A DNA stretch of 64,000 nt from Candidatus Binataceae bacterium (GTDB lineage Bacteria; Desulfobacterota; Binatia; Binatales; Binataceae), in assembly GCA_963752805.1 (NCBI GenBank), contig CAVWAA010000033.1, positions 10,505 to 74,504 of the forward strand, given 5' to 3'. The position numbers and the translations under genes are program-made. Shown here in pieces: positions 1 to 10,644 of the stretch (position 1 is the stretch's first letter; each line of letters begins with the position of its first letter). Below the pieces are notes generated by a model. It saw only the letters and a list, made by a program, of their open reading frames with translations. It was not told where the DNA came from and did no database searches.

Positions 1-683
1 GTAAGGCGGTCGAGCAGTGCCGTGGTGAGCTTCTCGTCGCCGAAAACCTTGACCCATTCGCCGAAGGCCAGGTTGGTCGTAATGATGGTGGCCCGCCGTT
101 CGTAGCGCTGGGCTAAGAGGTTGAACAGCAACTCGCCGCCCTGTGCGCTCAAACGGCAAAAGCCCAATTCGTCCACGATTAACAGCCCGACCTTCTCGTA
201 ACGCTGTTGCAGTCGGGTGAGGTCGCGCGCGTCACGCGCCTCAACCAGGCTCTGCACCAGGTCGGCGGCGCGAGTGAAGAGTGCGCGGGAGCGCCGGCGA
301 GTAGCTTCCACGCCGAGCGCAATCGCCAGCATTGTTTTCCCCGTCCCGATCGGACCCGCCACGATGACTGTCTCAGCGCGAGTAATGAATTGACAGCTCG
401 CCAGCTCGAGGATCTTCGGTTTCGACACGCCCTTAAGAGCCTGCCAGTCAACCTGGTCAAGGGTCTTTACGTCGGGAAAGTGCGCCTCGCGCAACAGCCG
501 GCGTGCGGTGCTCCGACGGCGGCTGATCACCTCGGCCTCCAGGAGCTCGTGCAAAAACTCTTCGTAGGGCCGGCCTCCATCTTGGGCCCGCCGGCAGAGC
601 ACTGGATACTCGCGCACGAAGGCCGCCAGCTTGAGTTCCCGGCAGTGCTCACGGATAACTGCTTCCAACGCGGTGTTACTCAT
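1..683 (-). CDS. istB: IS21-family helper ATPase IstB (C-terminal end runs off the window start)
   Basis: Not in the ORF track (no stop inside window). ATG at 683-681 overlaps the istA stop (ATGAGTAA). Hand translation [22 protein letters not shown]...; Walker A GPIGTGKT, Walker B LLIVDELG, then [44 protein letters not shown], the classic IstB C-terminal block. Confidence 0.9.
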   Translation of the reverse strand, partial: MSNTALEAVIREHCRELKLAAFVREYPVLCRRAQDGGRPYEEFLHELLEAEVISRRRSTARRLLREAHFPDVKTLDQVDWQALKGVSKPKILELASCQFITRAETVIVAGPIGTGKTMLAIALGVEATRRRSRALFTRAADLVQSLVEARDARDLTRLQQRYEKVGLLIVDELGFCRLSAQGGELLFNLLAQRYERRATIITTNLAFGEWVKVFGDEKLTTALLDRL

Positions 684-2160
684 GGGCGCCTCCGTCAGTG
701 AGCAACAGATGATCGTAGTCGGCAGCCTTGCCCGCCTCGATGACGAATCCGGCGAGCGCACTCGGTACTGTGATCACGGGCGCTGCCGTTGAGGCCGGCG
801 TGATCACATCGAGCAGGCCAATGCGCTGCTCGTTGAGCGCGTCTTCAAGTGCACGGGCGACTTTGTCCTCGCCGTGTTCGCCGATCGCGCCCACCAGGCA
901 CGCTAGCACCCGCGCCGCCTCGCGTTCACCGTGAGTCGCGCTGAGGAGCCGCCAGACTTCGCCCCACGGCTCACCCAGTTCAGCCACCAACTCCGGCGCC
1001 ACCTGGCGCACCGCTTTGGGTTTGCGTGCCAGTTCCGGCAGGTAGTGCCGGTACAGAACCCTGCGCCCGCCGAAGCGCACGCGCGGATGGGTCACGCTCT
1101 CATTCATGCAGACGATGCGAACCTGATCGACGCCGATGTGAGCAGTCGCCTGGAGCCTCGCCCAGCGCGCTGGCACCGAGTACCACGCGCCCTCTACTCT
1201 CACCAACGATTGCGAGCTGACTTCCACCGGTGCCATGCGGCTGACCTCAAACGGCGCGGCCGGCAGCGGCAAAAGCTGTGGACGTTCCGCGGCCCAAAGC
1301 TCACTGGCGCTGCTACCGCCGGCGCTGCGCCTGGCAGTGAAGGCCTGCTCTAACTGAAGCAGTAGTGCTTGTGAGATTTCGGCGAGAGTTTCGCCGCGAG
1401 GGATCGGCGTCAGATGCTGCAGTCGAATCGCCTTGCCCCGGCTCTCAACCCCACCTTTGTCGTGCCCTTCGCCGATCCGCGTGAAGTCGGGTTCGAACAG
1501 ATAATGGCTGACCAGCGACAGAAACCGCTCTGATAACACCCGCTGCACGCCGACTATCCGGCGCACGGCCGGCTTGAGATTATCGTAGACGCAACGCCGA
1601 ACCACTCCATCCAGGTAGGCAAAGGCGCGCACGTGGCCGTCAAAAAATGCGAGCTGGTCGCAGCGTTCATAGAGCCAGGCGAACTCCCGCCCGGAGTACA
1701 TAAGCCGCAGCAGAAACTCCCAGGCCTTGAGCCACTGCCCGCCTACTTCGACCACTACTTCAAAGAAATCGACCTGCGCTTCTTCGCCCGGCCGGTGAAT
1801 CAGCGGTATGTACACTTCCTGGCGCTGGCGGCGGCGTTCGCGCAGATAGCTACGAAGCAAACTCGCGCTAACCTGGTGTCCTTCACTGATTAACTGTTGA
1901 TGCAGCCGCGCCGCGGTCAGCCGTTGTTTAAGCGCCGTGCGCGGTTCCCACTCCGCCAACAGCTCCTCCAGCCGCGGCTTGACGCGCTCCCATACCGGCC
2001 GCGGCCGCCGCCGGAGTTGCTGTCGGTGCGGCATCGACTCGCGCAGATACTTGCGAACCGTGTTACGGCAGACTCTCAACTCCTCAGCTGCTTGCCTGAT
2101 CCCGTGTCCCTCAACCAGCACCTTGTGCCGGATTACATGCACCTGATCCATCCTCAGCAT
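676..2160 (-). CDS. istA: IS21-family transposase IstA
   Basis: 494-aa ORF with N-terminal HTH ([19 protein letters not shown]), central integrase/DDE-type core, and istA-istB order with overlapping stop/start, as in IS21-family elements. Confidence 0.9.
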   Translation of the reverse strand: MLRMDQVHVIRHKVLVEGHGIRQAAEELRVCRNTVRKYLRESMPHRQQLRRRPRPVWERVKPRLEELLAEWEPRTALKQRLTAARLHQQLISEGHQVSASLLRSYLRERRRQRQEVYIPLIHRPGEEAQVDFFEVVVEVGGQWLKAWEFLLRLMYSGREFAWLYERCDQLAFFDGHVRAFAYLDGVVRRCVYDNLKPAVRRIVGVQRVLSERFLSLVSHYLFEPDFTRIGEGHDKGGVESRGKAIRLQHLTPIPRGETLAEISQALLLQLEQAFTARRSAGGSSASELWAAERPQLLPLPAAPFEVSRMAPVEVSSQSLVRVEGAWYSVPARWARLQATAHIGVDQVRIVCMNESVTHPRVRFGGRRVLYRHYLPELARKPKAVRQVAPELVAELGEPWGEVWRLLSATHGEREAARVLACLVGAIGEHGEDKVARALEDALNEQRIGLLDVITPASTAAPVITVPSALAGFVIEAGKAADYDHLLLTDGGAHE

Positions 2161-2376
2161 CCTTTCCCCCTCCGGCTCGTCGCTTCTCGCGACTCATCCG
2201 GAGTCTAGGGCCGGGGGTGGGTCATTTTTAGGGTGTCAAATGGGTCAAAATTTTAGTGCTGTATGCACACGAGTTGGCGCCTGCGGCCGTTGAATTGCGG
2301 CGGTCGCTTGGCGAGAGGTCGGTATGCCTCGGCATATCGAGATGACGCGGGCGCTCCTCGGCCGAGCTGCCAATCA

Positions 2377-2940
2377 TTAAGGTAAATCATGAGGCTCGCG
2401 GGCTGGGTTAGGGTTGCTACGAGGCCTCTCGAACCCTATGCGATGGATGGCTAACCCGCTGGTTTCACGGTTATCGTCGCGTAAACGGTTGTGGTAACCC
2501 CGCGCAAGTTGATCAATTCCGAGCGAGCACAAGTAGGTCCCGGGATGCTGGTAAACGTGCAGCATGTAGGCATTGGCCGGCATCACAGAAACCGCTCCAT
2601 CGCCGAAATTCCATTGATAGATTAGCGCCCCGGGCGTATTTGCTAATCCGACGTAGAAGCCGACCGTGAGCGGGGCCGCTCCGTATGCAGGCACCTCCAG
2701 CAAGCTCGCGTTAGGTGGCACCTGACTCGGTTTGACGGGTCCAATCGGCGGAATCGACGTTCCGGAGTCGGCAGAATTAATCGCACTTCCGGCCGAGATG
2801 GGAGAGGGAGCTGACGCGGGACCGGTCGCGTAAACCTGTGCAAATGCGGCCGTCGCGAGAATAGTCAATGCGGGCGTCAGCGCGATCAAAAGGAATACGC
2901 CGATCACAGTCTTTCGGATGATGTGAAAGTCCATCGTCAT
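2377..2940 (-). CDS. secreted PKD-domain protein (C-terminal end probably frameshifted)
   Basis: N-terminal signal/TM segment (VIGVFLLIALTPALTILATAAFA); PKD signature PLTVGF...YQWNFGDGAVS...HVYQHPGTY. After ...GTYLCS the annotated frame stops looking like PKD, while another frame reads ELINLRGVTTTVYATITVKPAG*, which does; suggests a frameshift near 2520. Confidence 0.6.
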   Translation of the reverse strand: MTMDFHIIRKTVIGVFLLIALTPALTILATAAFAQVYATGPASAPSPISAGSAINSADSGTSIPPIGPVKPSQVPPNASLLEVPAYGAAPLTVGFYVGLANTPGALIYQWNFGDGAVSVMPANAYMLHVYQHPGTYLCSLGIDQLARGYHNRLRDDNRETSGLAIHRIGFERPRSNPNPAREPHDLP

Positions 2941-3480
2941 TCCGCGCTCACAACTGCCGCTTTGGGCTTGTTCCGTTTAAGCACCAGGACAAGCGGAATC
3001 ATGGCGAGGCACAGGATACCGATGAGCCACGCCACGTCGATGTACGACAGCACATCGGCCTGGGTGATTACCGAGTTGTAGATGCGCAAGGTAGTTTGAG
3101 CCGCTGCTTGAGGCTGGGTGAGGCCGCGATGAAAAAGATCACCGCTCAAGCCGCTCGTCACGTTGCGATAAGCCTGTCGCGCGCGTATCACATGCGCGCT
3201 GAGTACGTCCTGATGAAACTGCTCGCGCGCGCTATCATGGTCTCGACCATCGAGATGCCAACGCTCCCGCCGATGTTGCGCAGCAGATTTATCGTGCCAG
3301 AAACCTGGCCGCCCTTTTCCTCCGGGACGCCCACATAGGAGGCGGTGTTGATCGGGACGAACAGCAACGACAAGCCGACCGATAGCCAGACGCGATACAT
3401 GGCGAGCGAAAATGCGTCGGGGAATCGCGCAAAGAAATCGGTTGAACGAAGCCGCTCTGCGGGGGTGGGGCCGCCGAGCT
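2937..3480 (-). pseudogene. MFS (DHA2/EmrB-type) efflux transporter, C-terminal remnant with frameshift
   Basis: Two frames carry consecutive EmrB-like segments: LLFVPINTASYVGVPEEKGGQVSGTINLLRNIGGSVGISMVETMIAR (ORF 3188-3400) then EQFHQ...QADVLSYIDVAWLIGILCLAMIPLVLVLKR (ORF 2937-3488). Only about the last third of a 14-TM pump is present; upstream sequence is replaced by the IS91-like element. Confidence 0.7.
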
Positions 3481-3735
3481 ATGGGCACTGATTAGGCGGG
3501 TAGATTGAGGGGCCTTGGCGTAGGAAGTATTTGCGGTTTGGTGGCGGGGCGCAGCGAGGAATGAGTTGGAACTCGGCCGGGCCAATAGAGGACCGGTGTG
3601 ACATTCCTGGTTGATAGAAGAACCCCACATTGATCCGGTGCACTCGTAGCCGGCCACTGGCAGACGCAGACCCGCCCATCACTGCCAAGCGTGCGAAGGT
3701 CGAAAGCCGGGATAGACGATAAAGAATAATGGTTG

Positions 3736-4934
3736 TCATGAACCGTCGATACGCAATGGAAATGGGCCGGTGATGGGTGCCAGGATCTGAACCCGTACCA
3801 TGTGTCCACAGCCGCAAGCGGGACAATCGGACAGAGACTTTCCAGTTAATTCCTGGTACCGGTCGCGATAATCCGAGACGACCGAGGTGAGGGAGATGAC
3901 AGCCGCGACGGCCAGCAGTTCGCGGCATCGCGCGATTTTGACCCGGCGGTGACGGTTGCCGAGAAAACCGTAGTGACGGATGCGCATGAAGCCGTCAGGC
4001 AGCACGTGGAGCAAAAAGCGGCGGATAAACTCCTCTGCGTCCAGTGTCATTTTTTTCGGCTGATCGTGGTGACGGTAATCTTTCCAGCGGAAGGTGACCC
4101 TGCCGTCCTTAATGTTAAGCAGGCGATTATTCGAAATGGCCACGCGATGGGTGTAGCGAGCCAGATAGTCAAGCACTTGCTCAGCCCCGGCGAACGGGCG
4201 TTTGGCGTAAACGACCCATTCGGTCCGACAAAGCGGCCTCAGGTACTGGGCAAAAATATTACGGCTGCCAAGCGACTCCAAAGCAGAAAAAGAATTGCAG
4301 TTGGCCGGCATCGAAGGCCACTCGAAGATATTGCAGGAATAAGCGGCGAAATAGGCGGGAGAGCACGCGAACAGGGAGAAAGAAGCCGGAACGGCATGCG
4401 ATCCACCGGTTAGCGCCTGGGGCGATACCGCCGCCGGACACGAGACAATGCAGGTGGGGATGATGGAGCAGGGTTGTCCCCAGGTATGCAGGACGGCAAT
4501 GAAACCAATCTCTGCCCCCAGGTGTCTCGATCGGCAGCGACGGTGCGCAAGGTTTCGCCGGCGGCGCGGAACAGAATGGCATACACCACCTTCTTGTTCT
4601 GATAGGCCACGTCCGCTATCGGCTGAGGCACGGTAAAAACCACGTGGAAATACTCCACCGGGAGTAGCTCCGCTTGACGGTGTTTGAGCCACTGCGCGCG
4701 CGCTAGCGACTGGCACTTGGGACAATGGCGGTTGCGGCACGAATTATAAGCAATGCGCTCGTGGCCGCAGGAGTCACACCGTTCCAGGTGGCCGCCCAGA
4801 GCCGCGCTGCGGCAGCGTTCGATAGCGCTCATCGCGCGGCGTTGGCCAACGGATAACGAGTCGGCGTGCCTACGCCGGTAATCGGGGCCGTAGCGGCGGA
4901 AGACATCCGCCACTTCCCACTGGGGCCGGAGCAT
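3736..4934 (-). pseudogene. IS91-family (HUH/Y2) transposase, at least three frameshifts
   Basis: Pieces in three frames: zinc-binding N-terminus CDSCGHERIAYNSCRNRHCPKCQ (ORF 4410-5015), HUH region AVLHTWGQ / HHPHLHCLVSGGG (ORFs 3736-4740 and 4259-4582), Tyr motif YLARYTHRVAISNNRL and C-terminal CPACGCG (ORF 3736-4740). Start MLRPQWEVADVFRRYG at 4934. Confidence 0.8.
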
Positions 4935-4944
4935 AAGAGGCGGA

Positions 4945-5793
4945 TCAGTCTTTAGAGCCGGCTTCGGCGAGCAAATCCAAAGGACTGGAGGTAGAACAGA
5001 TGGAGCTCGTGGCAACGCTGAGATAACGGCCGGTGGTGGAAAGGCTGCGGTGGCCCATCAGGAGCTGGATGGTCCGCAAGTCGGTGCCGTTTTCAGCAGA
5101 TGGGTCGCAAAGCAGTGGCGCAGCGAATGCATCGTCACCGGCTTCGTCAGGCCGGAATTCTGCCAGGCGGTATGGCAGACCGCCTGTAGCGTTCGCACGC
5201 TGAGGTGCTGGTCGGGCTTGGAGCTAGGAAATAACCACTCCTTTGGCCGAACTGTTGTCCAGTAGGTCCGCAGGAGGATCAGCAGGCGCGGCGAAAGCAT
5301 GACATAGCGGTCTTTGCAGCCTTTGCCCTGCTCGACGCGGATGACCATGCGCTGGCTGTCGATATCGGTGACCTTAAGCGCAACGACTTCGGAAACGCGC
5401 AGGCCCGCCGCGTAGGCGGTCATCAGCGCCGCACGGTGTTGAGATTGGGAATGACGTCGAAGAATTGCTGGAGCTCGGCGAGGCCCAGAATGACGGGGAG
5501 TTTCCGCGCGGGAGGCGCGGATACGCGATGTGCTGGACCACCCAATCTTTGCCCAAAGTCACGCGATAGAGAAATCGCAAGGCACAGACCCTGACGTTGA
5601 ACGTGGTCCAGGCAAGCTGCTTGGAGAGTAGGTGCTGCTGATAGGCACGGATGTCTTCCGGCCCGAGTAGCTCGGGCGACTTGCCGAAATGCTGGGCAAA
5701 CTTTGCAACCGCGTAAATGTAGGCACGCTGAGTCGTGGGTGAGAAATTGCGCACCCGAAGGTCTTCGATCATGCGCTGACGTAGCGGGGTCAT
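4945..5793 (-). pseudogene. tyrosine recombinase (IS91-associated), frameshifted
   Basis: N-terminal SAM-like domain MTPLRQRMIEDLRVRNFSPTTQRAYIYAV... (ORF 5374-5793), catalytic part AAGLRVSEVVALKVTDID...HSLRHCFATHLL (ORF 5058-5423), and [27 protein letters not shown] in a third frame ending at TGA 4945-4947, 8 nt before the transposase ATG. Confidence 0.75.
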
Positions 5794-6212
5794 ACGGAAC
5801 CTCCTCGGAATGGAAATGTGCGGAAAACCGCGTCATCACGATTCCAAAAAGCAGGTTCCGATAGCGAGTTCGGAAAAACTCGATGGTACTAGTGCAACAC
5901 GCCTGGGCAGAATACCGCAGAGCGGTTTAGTTCAATCCTAAGAACCTGCCGGGAGAACATTGCGTACAACACGCTACCGTACAATTTCCCACGGCTGCTG
6001 CCGCTACCCCAAGTAGAACGTACTGCAGCAGTGGCTGCTTCGGCGTGGCCGACGATGAGCGGGGTTGCCCAGTCATCTGCTCAGCTCTTTTGGCGATGGC
6101 TAAAATCGGAAAGAGTTCATCGCGGTCCGCCGGCTCGGAGTGTCGGACACAAGGAGTCAAACAGATTAACGCCCGTACAACCCCACCCGAGCTCAAGCCT
6201 TATGGCTTTACG

Positions 6213-6890
6213 CTAGGGCGCGACGCTATTGAGCACGCTGTGGCCTCGGATATCTATCGCCGGGGTGAACTGCTCCACCCTGCTTGCTGTCGGACAAGGA
6301 AATGTAGCGGTAGTGCAGCCAGCACTGTGCGTAGCAACCGCATCAAACGCTTTCTCATCTGCAGAGATATACCCCACGGTGTCAAGCGTGCCGCCGACAA
6401 ATGAGGCGCAGACTGCTGACGGGGTGCCGCGGAATGGATCGCTTAAGACCGGAGTCGGGACTGACGATCTAATGGTGTTGTTGTTCAAGGTTCTCGTCGG
6501 TGTTCCGGACGGCGAAAGGGGTGGTTCGAATCGGCAGTCTGCCTTGATCGTGACGCTAGCGATCTGGTCGCAGGAGATTCCATCATAGCCACCGTGCGTC
6601 GAGTTCGGAATACCGCAAGCTCCTGTTTTGATAACTTCGGTTATGGAAGCAGTAGCGGTTGCCGTGGTAGCACAACGGGGAAGGCAGCTTACGCCATTAC
6701 TGGTCGTCAGATCACCGTTTAAAACGACGTCAGCGTCGCAGGACGAGGTGGGGGTCTTTTGTAGAATGGTGTCTCCATGGCCGGAAAAGAAATAAGTCTG
6801 GGCGCCTGGGCAAGCCGCGCCTACCCATGAGGGCAAGGCAACACAAGCAGCCAGCGCCAACTCCGCGATTATTGAGCTGTTCCACTTCAT
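6213..6890 (-). CDS. secreted Cys-rich hypothetical protein
   Basis: 225-aa ORF with signal peptide (MKWNSSIIAELALAACVALPSWVGAAC), many Cys and Thr/Ser; no recognisable domain. Confidence 0.5.
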   Translation of the reverse strand: MKWNSSIIAELALAACVALPSWVGAACPGAQTYFFSGHGDTILQKTPTSSCDADVVLNGDLTTSNGVSCLPRCATTATATASITEVIKTGACGIPNSTHGGYDGISCDQIASVTIKADCRFEPPLSPSGTPTRTLNNNTIRSSVPTPVLSDPFRGTPSAVCASFVGGTLDTVGYISADEKAFDAVATHSAGCTTATFPCPTASRVEQFTPAIDIRGHSVLNSVAP

Positions 6891-7254
6891 GGTCCCTCCT
6901 CATGTGCGCGCCGACTATCCTCCATCGCATGCGCTGAAACTATTTGTCAAGCCACGTAAGCTCTTAGCCAGATGTAACCGGTAGACCTTGCTCTGACAGT
7001 GAGTGGTGCGCCATGTTTTCAGCGCAATGGACCCTCAGGGCAACGTCGGTCTTTAGTTTCAAGGAGCCCAGTAAGACAATCCTGTTCGTTATATGCTATA
7101 AACGCGGAGAGGGGGAAGAAGAAGACCGGCAAAACTCAACCGCCAGCGCCGGCCTCAGATCACGCACGTAAATTGGCTGGAGGACGCTACAACTGTCGCC
7201 GTGACCAGAAGGCTTTGCCGAGCCATGGGACTTTCGACGCCGCTAGCCAACCTG

Positions 7255-7914
7255 CTACTTCAGGCCCAGCATCGCCTTGGCTTTGCCAACCGCATCTGCG
7301 AAGGACGGGCGCGCAAGCGCGCGTTCGACATATGCCGCAAGCTTGGGCCAGCGCTTGGCATCTGGAGACACGCCGGCCAACCTTGCCTGGGCGAACTGGG
7401 TCGCGACGCCGATATCGGCGACCGAGAAACTACGGCCCACCAGCCAATCGCCAGTTCCGAGCTGACCTTCGAGATAATCGAACAATGGGGGCAGTTCTTC
7501 GTTGATAGCCTTGTTGACCACAGTCTCATCGGTCGGCGTCTTGAAGAACGCGGGCCCGGCTATTTTCTGGAAAAAGATTTTCGGCCCTACAATCGGGGAG
7601 AGTCCGCCGTCGCCATACTCCTCGAACCAGAGAGCGCGCGCATAATCGCGCGTGTCTGAGGGATACAGCGCCGGTGACGGCTGGACCCGTTCCAGATAGG
7701 CAATGATTACCGATGAATCTGGAAGCGTCAGATCGCCATCGCGATACGCGGGAATCTTGCCGAGTGGGCTAATCTCCTTACTAATCCGCTTGAACTCGGC
7801 CGGTGCAATCGCAGGAACAACGGGATCATGCTCGTAGGTAACGCCCTTCTCGGCAAGCGCGACCATCGTTTTGCGCACGAACGGCGATATGGGAGCTCCA
7901 TAAAGCGTGGGCAT
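7255..7914 (-). CDS. glutathione S-transferase family protein
   Basis: 219 aa; thioredoxin-like N-terminus MPTLYGAPISPFVRKTMVALAEKGVTYE, helical C-terminal domain with SVADIGVATQF; typical GST length. Confidence 0.85.
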   Translation of the reverse strand: MPTLYGAPISPFVRKTMVALAEKGVTYEHDPVVPAIAPAEFKRISKEISPLGKIPAYRDGDLTLPDSSVIIAYLERVQPSPALYPSDTRDYARALWFEEYGDGGLSPIVGPKIFFQKIAGPAFFKTPTDETVVNKAINEELPPLFDYLEGQLGTGDWLVGRSFSVADIGVATQFAQARLAGVSPDAKRWPKLAAYVERALARPSFADAVGKAKAMLGLK

Positions 7915-8148
7915 AGGCTGACTCCTTCAACCGCAATTTTCTATTTTCTCACTCAATGAGCCTCGATTATACCCGCACTGGCTTTATGAGAGGCAACATA
8001 TTCCCGCGCAATAATGATCACCCTTTTCGAGTCGTGAGGTGCCCTCCAGCTCTGCCGAGACCTGAACTCGCGGGACTCAATTCAAAGTTGAGCCGTTCGT
8101 GACCAAGGGGAGCGAGGCGGAAGGCAGGGTGGACGCCTGTCACACAAT

Positions 8149-9306
8149 TCAGATCGACAGTTTGTACAGCCGCGCGGCGTTGCGCCACAGGATTAGTTCG
8201 CGCTCCTGTACAGGAACTTCGGCAAAGTTGTTCTCGATCATGCGCGCGGATTCGGGATAGGTCAACGTCGATCGCGGAAACTCCGATTCCCACAGGATGC
8301 GGTCCGGCCCGACGTAGTTGCGGTTGCGCAAGCCCACCTTTTCCCTCCACGTAGTCACGTAGCATTGCCGATGGAAAATCTCCGACGGCCGTTGCGCGAA
8401 TCCTTCGTTTTCGGCCAAACGCTGGCGTTCCCATTGATGGTCCAGCGCTTCGAGCGCGAACGGCACGTAATCGATCGCGCTGCCGGGGAACACCGGCCAT
8501 AATTTCGGGAACCGGTACAGAATCCCCGAGAGCACCATCCCATTGATTAAGGCCGCGCTACCGGCCGACTGGCGGACGTTGTCGAATGCCCGGGCGCCGG
8601 CCGCGTCGTAGGCCGGACTGATTTCGAACATGACGCTGGGAGCGCTTCCCGCGTGGAAGCATACGGGGACGTCCAGTTCCTCGATTGTGGTCCACAGCGG
8701 GTCCCAGTCCGGCTTATACAGATGGGGCGCGGCAGGGTTTATTTGCGAAGGCTGCGCCGGCATGATTACGCCCTTATGGCCGCGGCCTACCGCGCGCCTC
8801 GCTTCCGCGACCGCCGCTTCTATCGATCCCGCCGGTAGGATGGCCTGGGGTACGAACCGGGTGCTGGACGCGGCCCACACGTCGATAATCCAGTCATTAT
8901 AGGTACGCGCGCATTCGATCTGAAGTTCGAGATCCTTGATTGCGCCGATCACCTCGCCACTGACGCCCGCCGCTGATGGGTACAGGACCGAGCAATCAAT
9001 GCCGTCCAAATCCATCGCGGCCAGCCGCGCCTGCGGATCGTACGCGCTCTTTGGCACTTCACTCCAGGTCTGAGGTTCCGAGCCGCGGTCCTTTGACAAA
9101 GCGCCGGTAGCGGCGAGCGCACTGCCGGTCCTCACTTGTCCTTCAATCACCCAGCGTTCGGCCCCGTCAGCCTGAGCGGCCACGTGTGGAATGCGGTCGC
9201 CCCATTTCGCCCGCGACATGCATCGCGTCCACAGGTCGGGCGGTTCCACCACGTGGTCGTCAACAGATATCACACCAAATCGCAATCCCACAGCATTACC
9301 TTCCAA
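8149..9306 (-). CDS. amidohydrolase-2 family protein (ACMSD-like metal-dependent hydrolase/decarboxylase)
   Basis: 385 aa; VISVDDHVVEPPDLW N-terminal motif, ...ILWESEFPRST near C-terminus; paralog of next gene. Ends with TGA at expected C-terminus. Confidence 0.85.
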   Translation of the reverse strand: MEGNAVGLRFGVISVDDHVVEPPDLWTRCMSRAKWGDRIPHVAAQADGAERWVIEGQVRTGSALAATGALSKDRGSEPQTWSEVPKSAYDPQARLAAMDLDGIDCSVLYPSAAGVSGEVIGAIKDLELQIECARTYNDWIIDVWAASSTRFVPQAILPAGSIEAAVAEARRAVGRGHKGVIMPAQPSQINPAAPHLYKPDWDPLWTTIEELDVPVCFHAGSAPSVMFEISPAYDAAGARAFDNVRQSAGSAALINGMVLSGILYRFPKLWPVFPGSAIDYVPFALEALDHQWERQRLAENEGFAQRPSEIFHRQCYVTTWREKVGLRNRNYVGPDRILWESEFPRSTLTYPESARMIENNFAEVPVQERELILWRNAARLYKLSI

Positions 9307-9365
9307 TCCAGCAACAGTAAGAAAAACGGCCGCGGCTTGAAACCGCCACCGTCGCGTTCATTCGG

Positions 9366-10496
9366 CTACAGCTTGTAGACGCGTTTGGGATTTTCGACCA
9401 GGATCTTGTGCTGATCCTCTTCGGGAACTCCCTCGAAGCTCCATTTCAGCCACTTGTCAGCCGCGGGCCAGATTGAAGTCGGATGCGGGAAGTCCGTCTC
9501 CCACAGGATGCGGTCAACGCCGATGAAATCGCGGAGCTTGACGCCTGCCTGCTCGTACCAGAAGTCAACGTAGCATTGCTGACGGAACACGTCGCTGGGC
9601 TTGCGCTTGAGCCCGTTTTTGTAAAGCTGGTTGCGCTCCCATTCGTAGTCGCAGGCTTCAAGCACGAACGGAACCCATCCGATACCGCTCTCCGCACCGA
9701 CGAAGGTCAGCTTCGGGAAACGCTCGAGCACGCCGCACAGCAGGAGATTGGCAAAGATTTGTGAGGAGAGGGCGAATGAGTTGGCGCTCCCGATCGCGAG
9801 CATCTTCATGTCGCTGGCGCCCGGCTCTGAGCCGAGCGTGAGCCGTTTGGCGCCAGCCACATTATGGAAATGTGCCGGTATGTCGAGGTCCTGGGCGGTT
9901 CCCCACAGTGGATCCCAATAGCGGTCGGCAAACGCCGGCAGACGATACTGCTCGGTGGCGCCGATCATGAGAAATCCGCGATGGCCGCGATTGGCCGCAT
10001 GCTTCAACTCGGCGACCGCGGCCTCCACGCTGGAGAGCGGCAGTTCGGCCAGCGTGATGAAGCGATTGGGAGCGACGTCGTAAAATTCCTCGGCCAGATA
10101 ATCGTTGTATGCCCGCACGCAGTCTTTCTGCAACTCGGGGTCCATTTTCATCATGAAACCCTCGCCACCGACCCCGGCCGTGTTGGGGAACAGCACCTGC
10201 GCGGAGACACCGTCGCGGTCCATCGCGCGCATCCGCCCGTCCGCCGTGTAGATCATCGATGGCACGTCGCGCCAATGGGTCGGTAGGCTCTTCCGATCCG
10301 GGATGACGCCGTGGCACAGGGCGAGCCATCCGTTCATCATCACCTTCCCGTCGCACATCCAGGTCTCCCGGCCTTCCTTCTCGACGATCTGCGGTATACG
10401 GTCGCCCCACTTGGCCATGGACATTCGGCTGGTCCAGGCGTCGGGTTTCTCCTGACAATGACTGTCAACATCGATGCGCTTGTATTCGAAAGCCAT
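9366..10496 (-). CDS. amidohydrolase-2 family protein (paralog)
   Basis: 376 aa; IDVDSHCQEKPDAW, FHNVAG, ILWETDFPHPTS motifs; collinear similarity to 8149-9306. Confidence 0.85.
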   Translation of the reverse strand: MAFEYKRIDVDSHCQEKPDAWTSRMSMAKWGDRIPQIVEKEGRETWMCDGKVMMNGWLALCHGVIPDRKSLPTHWRDVPSMIYTADGRMRAMDRDGVSAQVLFPNTAGVGGEGFMMKMDPELQKDCVRAYNDYLAEEFYDVAPNRFITLAELPLSSVEAAVAELKHAANRGHRGFLMIGATEQYRLPAFADRYWDPLWGTAQDLDIPAHFHNVAGAKRLTLGSEPGASDMKMLAIGSANSFALSSQIFANLLLCGVLERFPKLTFVGAESGIGWVPFVLEACDYEWERNQLYKNGLKRKPSDVFRQQCYVDFWYEQAGVKLRDFIGVDRILWETDFPHPTSIWPAADKWLKWSFEGVPEEDQHKILVENPKRVYKL

Positions 10497-10644
10497 GACC
10501 TAGTCTCCTTATGAATACTTTAATTCATCCGCAACGCGGCGGTCTCCTGCGCGAGTGATTTAACGCTGCGGACGCCAAGCGCAGCTACTTGCTGCTGGAA
10601 GTTTCGTCCTCCGGCAAAACCGGATCCATTCGCTCTCGAGACCA

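Larger units (their letters stand above)
1..2269 (-). mobile_element. IS21-family insertion sequence, one terminus in window (other end beyond window start)
   Basis: istA+istB; region 2215-2269 upstream of istA carries repeated TGACCC/TGACAC-type motifs (gggtcattttt agggtgtca aatgggtca) and ends ...gtatgcaca, consistent with multi-repeat IS21 termini ending TG/CA. Exact end is my estimate. Confidence 0.7.
3490..5850 (-). mobile_element. degenerate IS91-family element (tyrosine recombinase + HUH rolling-circle transposase); boundaries approximate
   Basis: Adjacent, same-strand recombinase and IS91-type transposase genes, both multiply frameshifted; abuts the truncated MFS gene. Termini not identified. 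Confidence 0.55.

Noticed and set aside
207-2208. Long + strand track ORFs overlapping istB/istA (207-701, 931-1353, 1897-2208 and others).
   Set aside because: These are antisense shadow ORFs within clearly identified IS21 genes. Their translations are Arg/Ala/Pro-rich and motif-free.
3289-3928. ORFs 3289-3657, 3479-3928 and 3492-3809 as possible extra genes of the IS91-like element.
   Set aside because: They overlap mutually in different frames, are Pro/Arg/Ser-rich and have no motifs. The region is more plausibly the non-coding 3' flank of the element plus the MFS breakpoint.
6523-6532. The tRNA T-loop-like string ggttcgaatc.
   Set aside because: The flanking bases cannot form a T-stem (gtgg...cggc are not complementary). 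There is no acceptor or anticodon arm context, and the string lies inside a 225-aa ORF. I found no convincing tRNA anywhere in the window.
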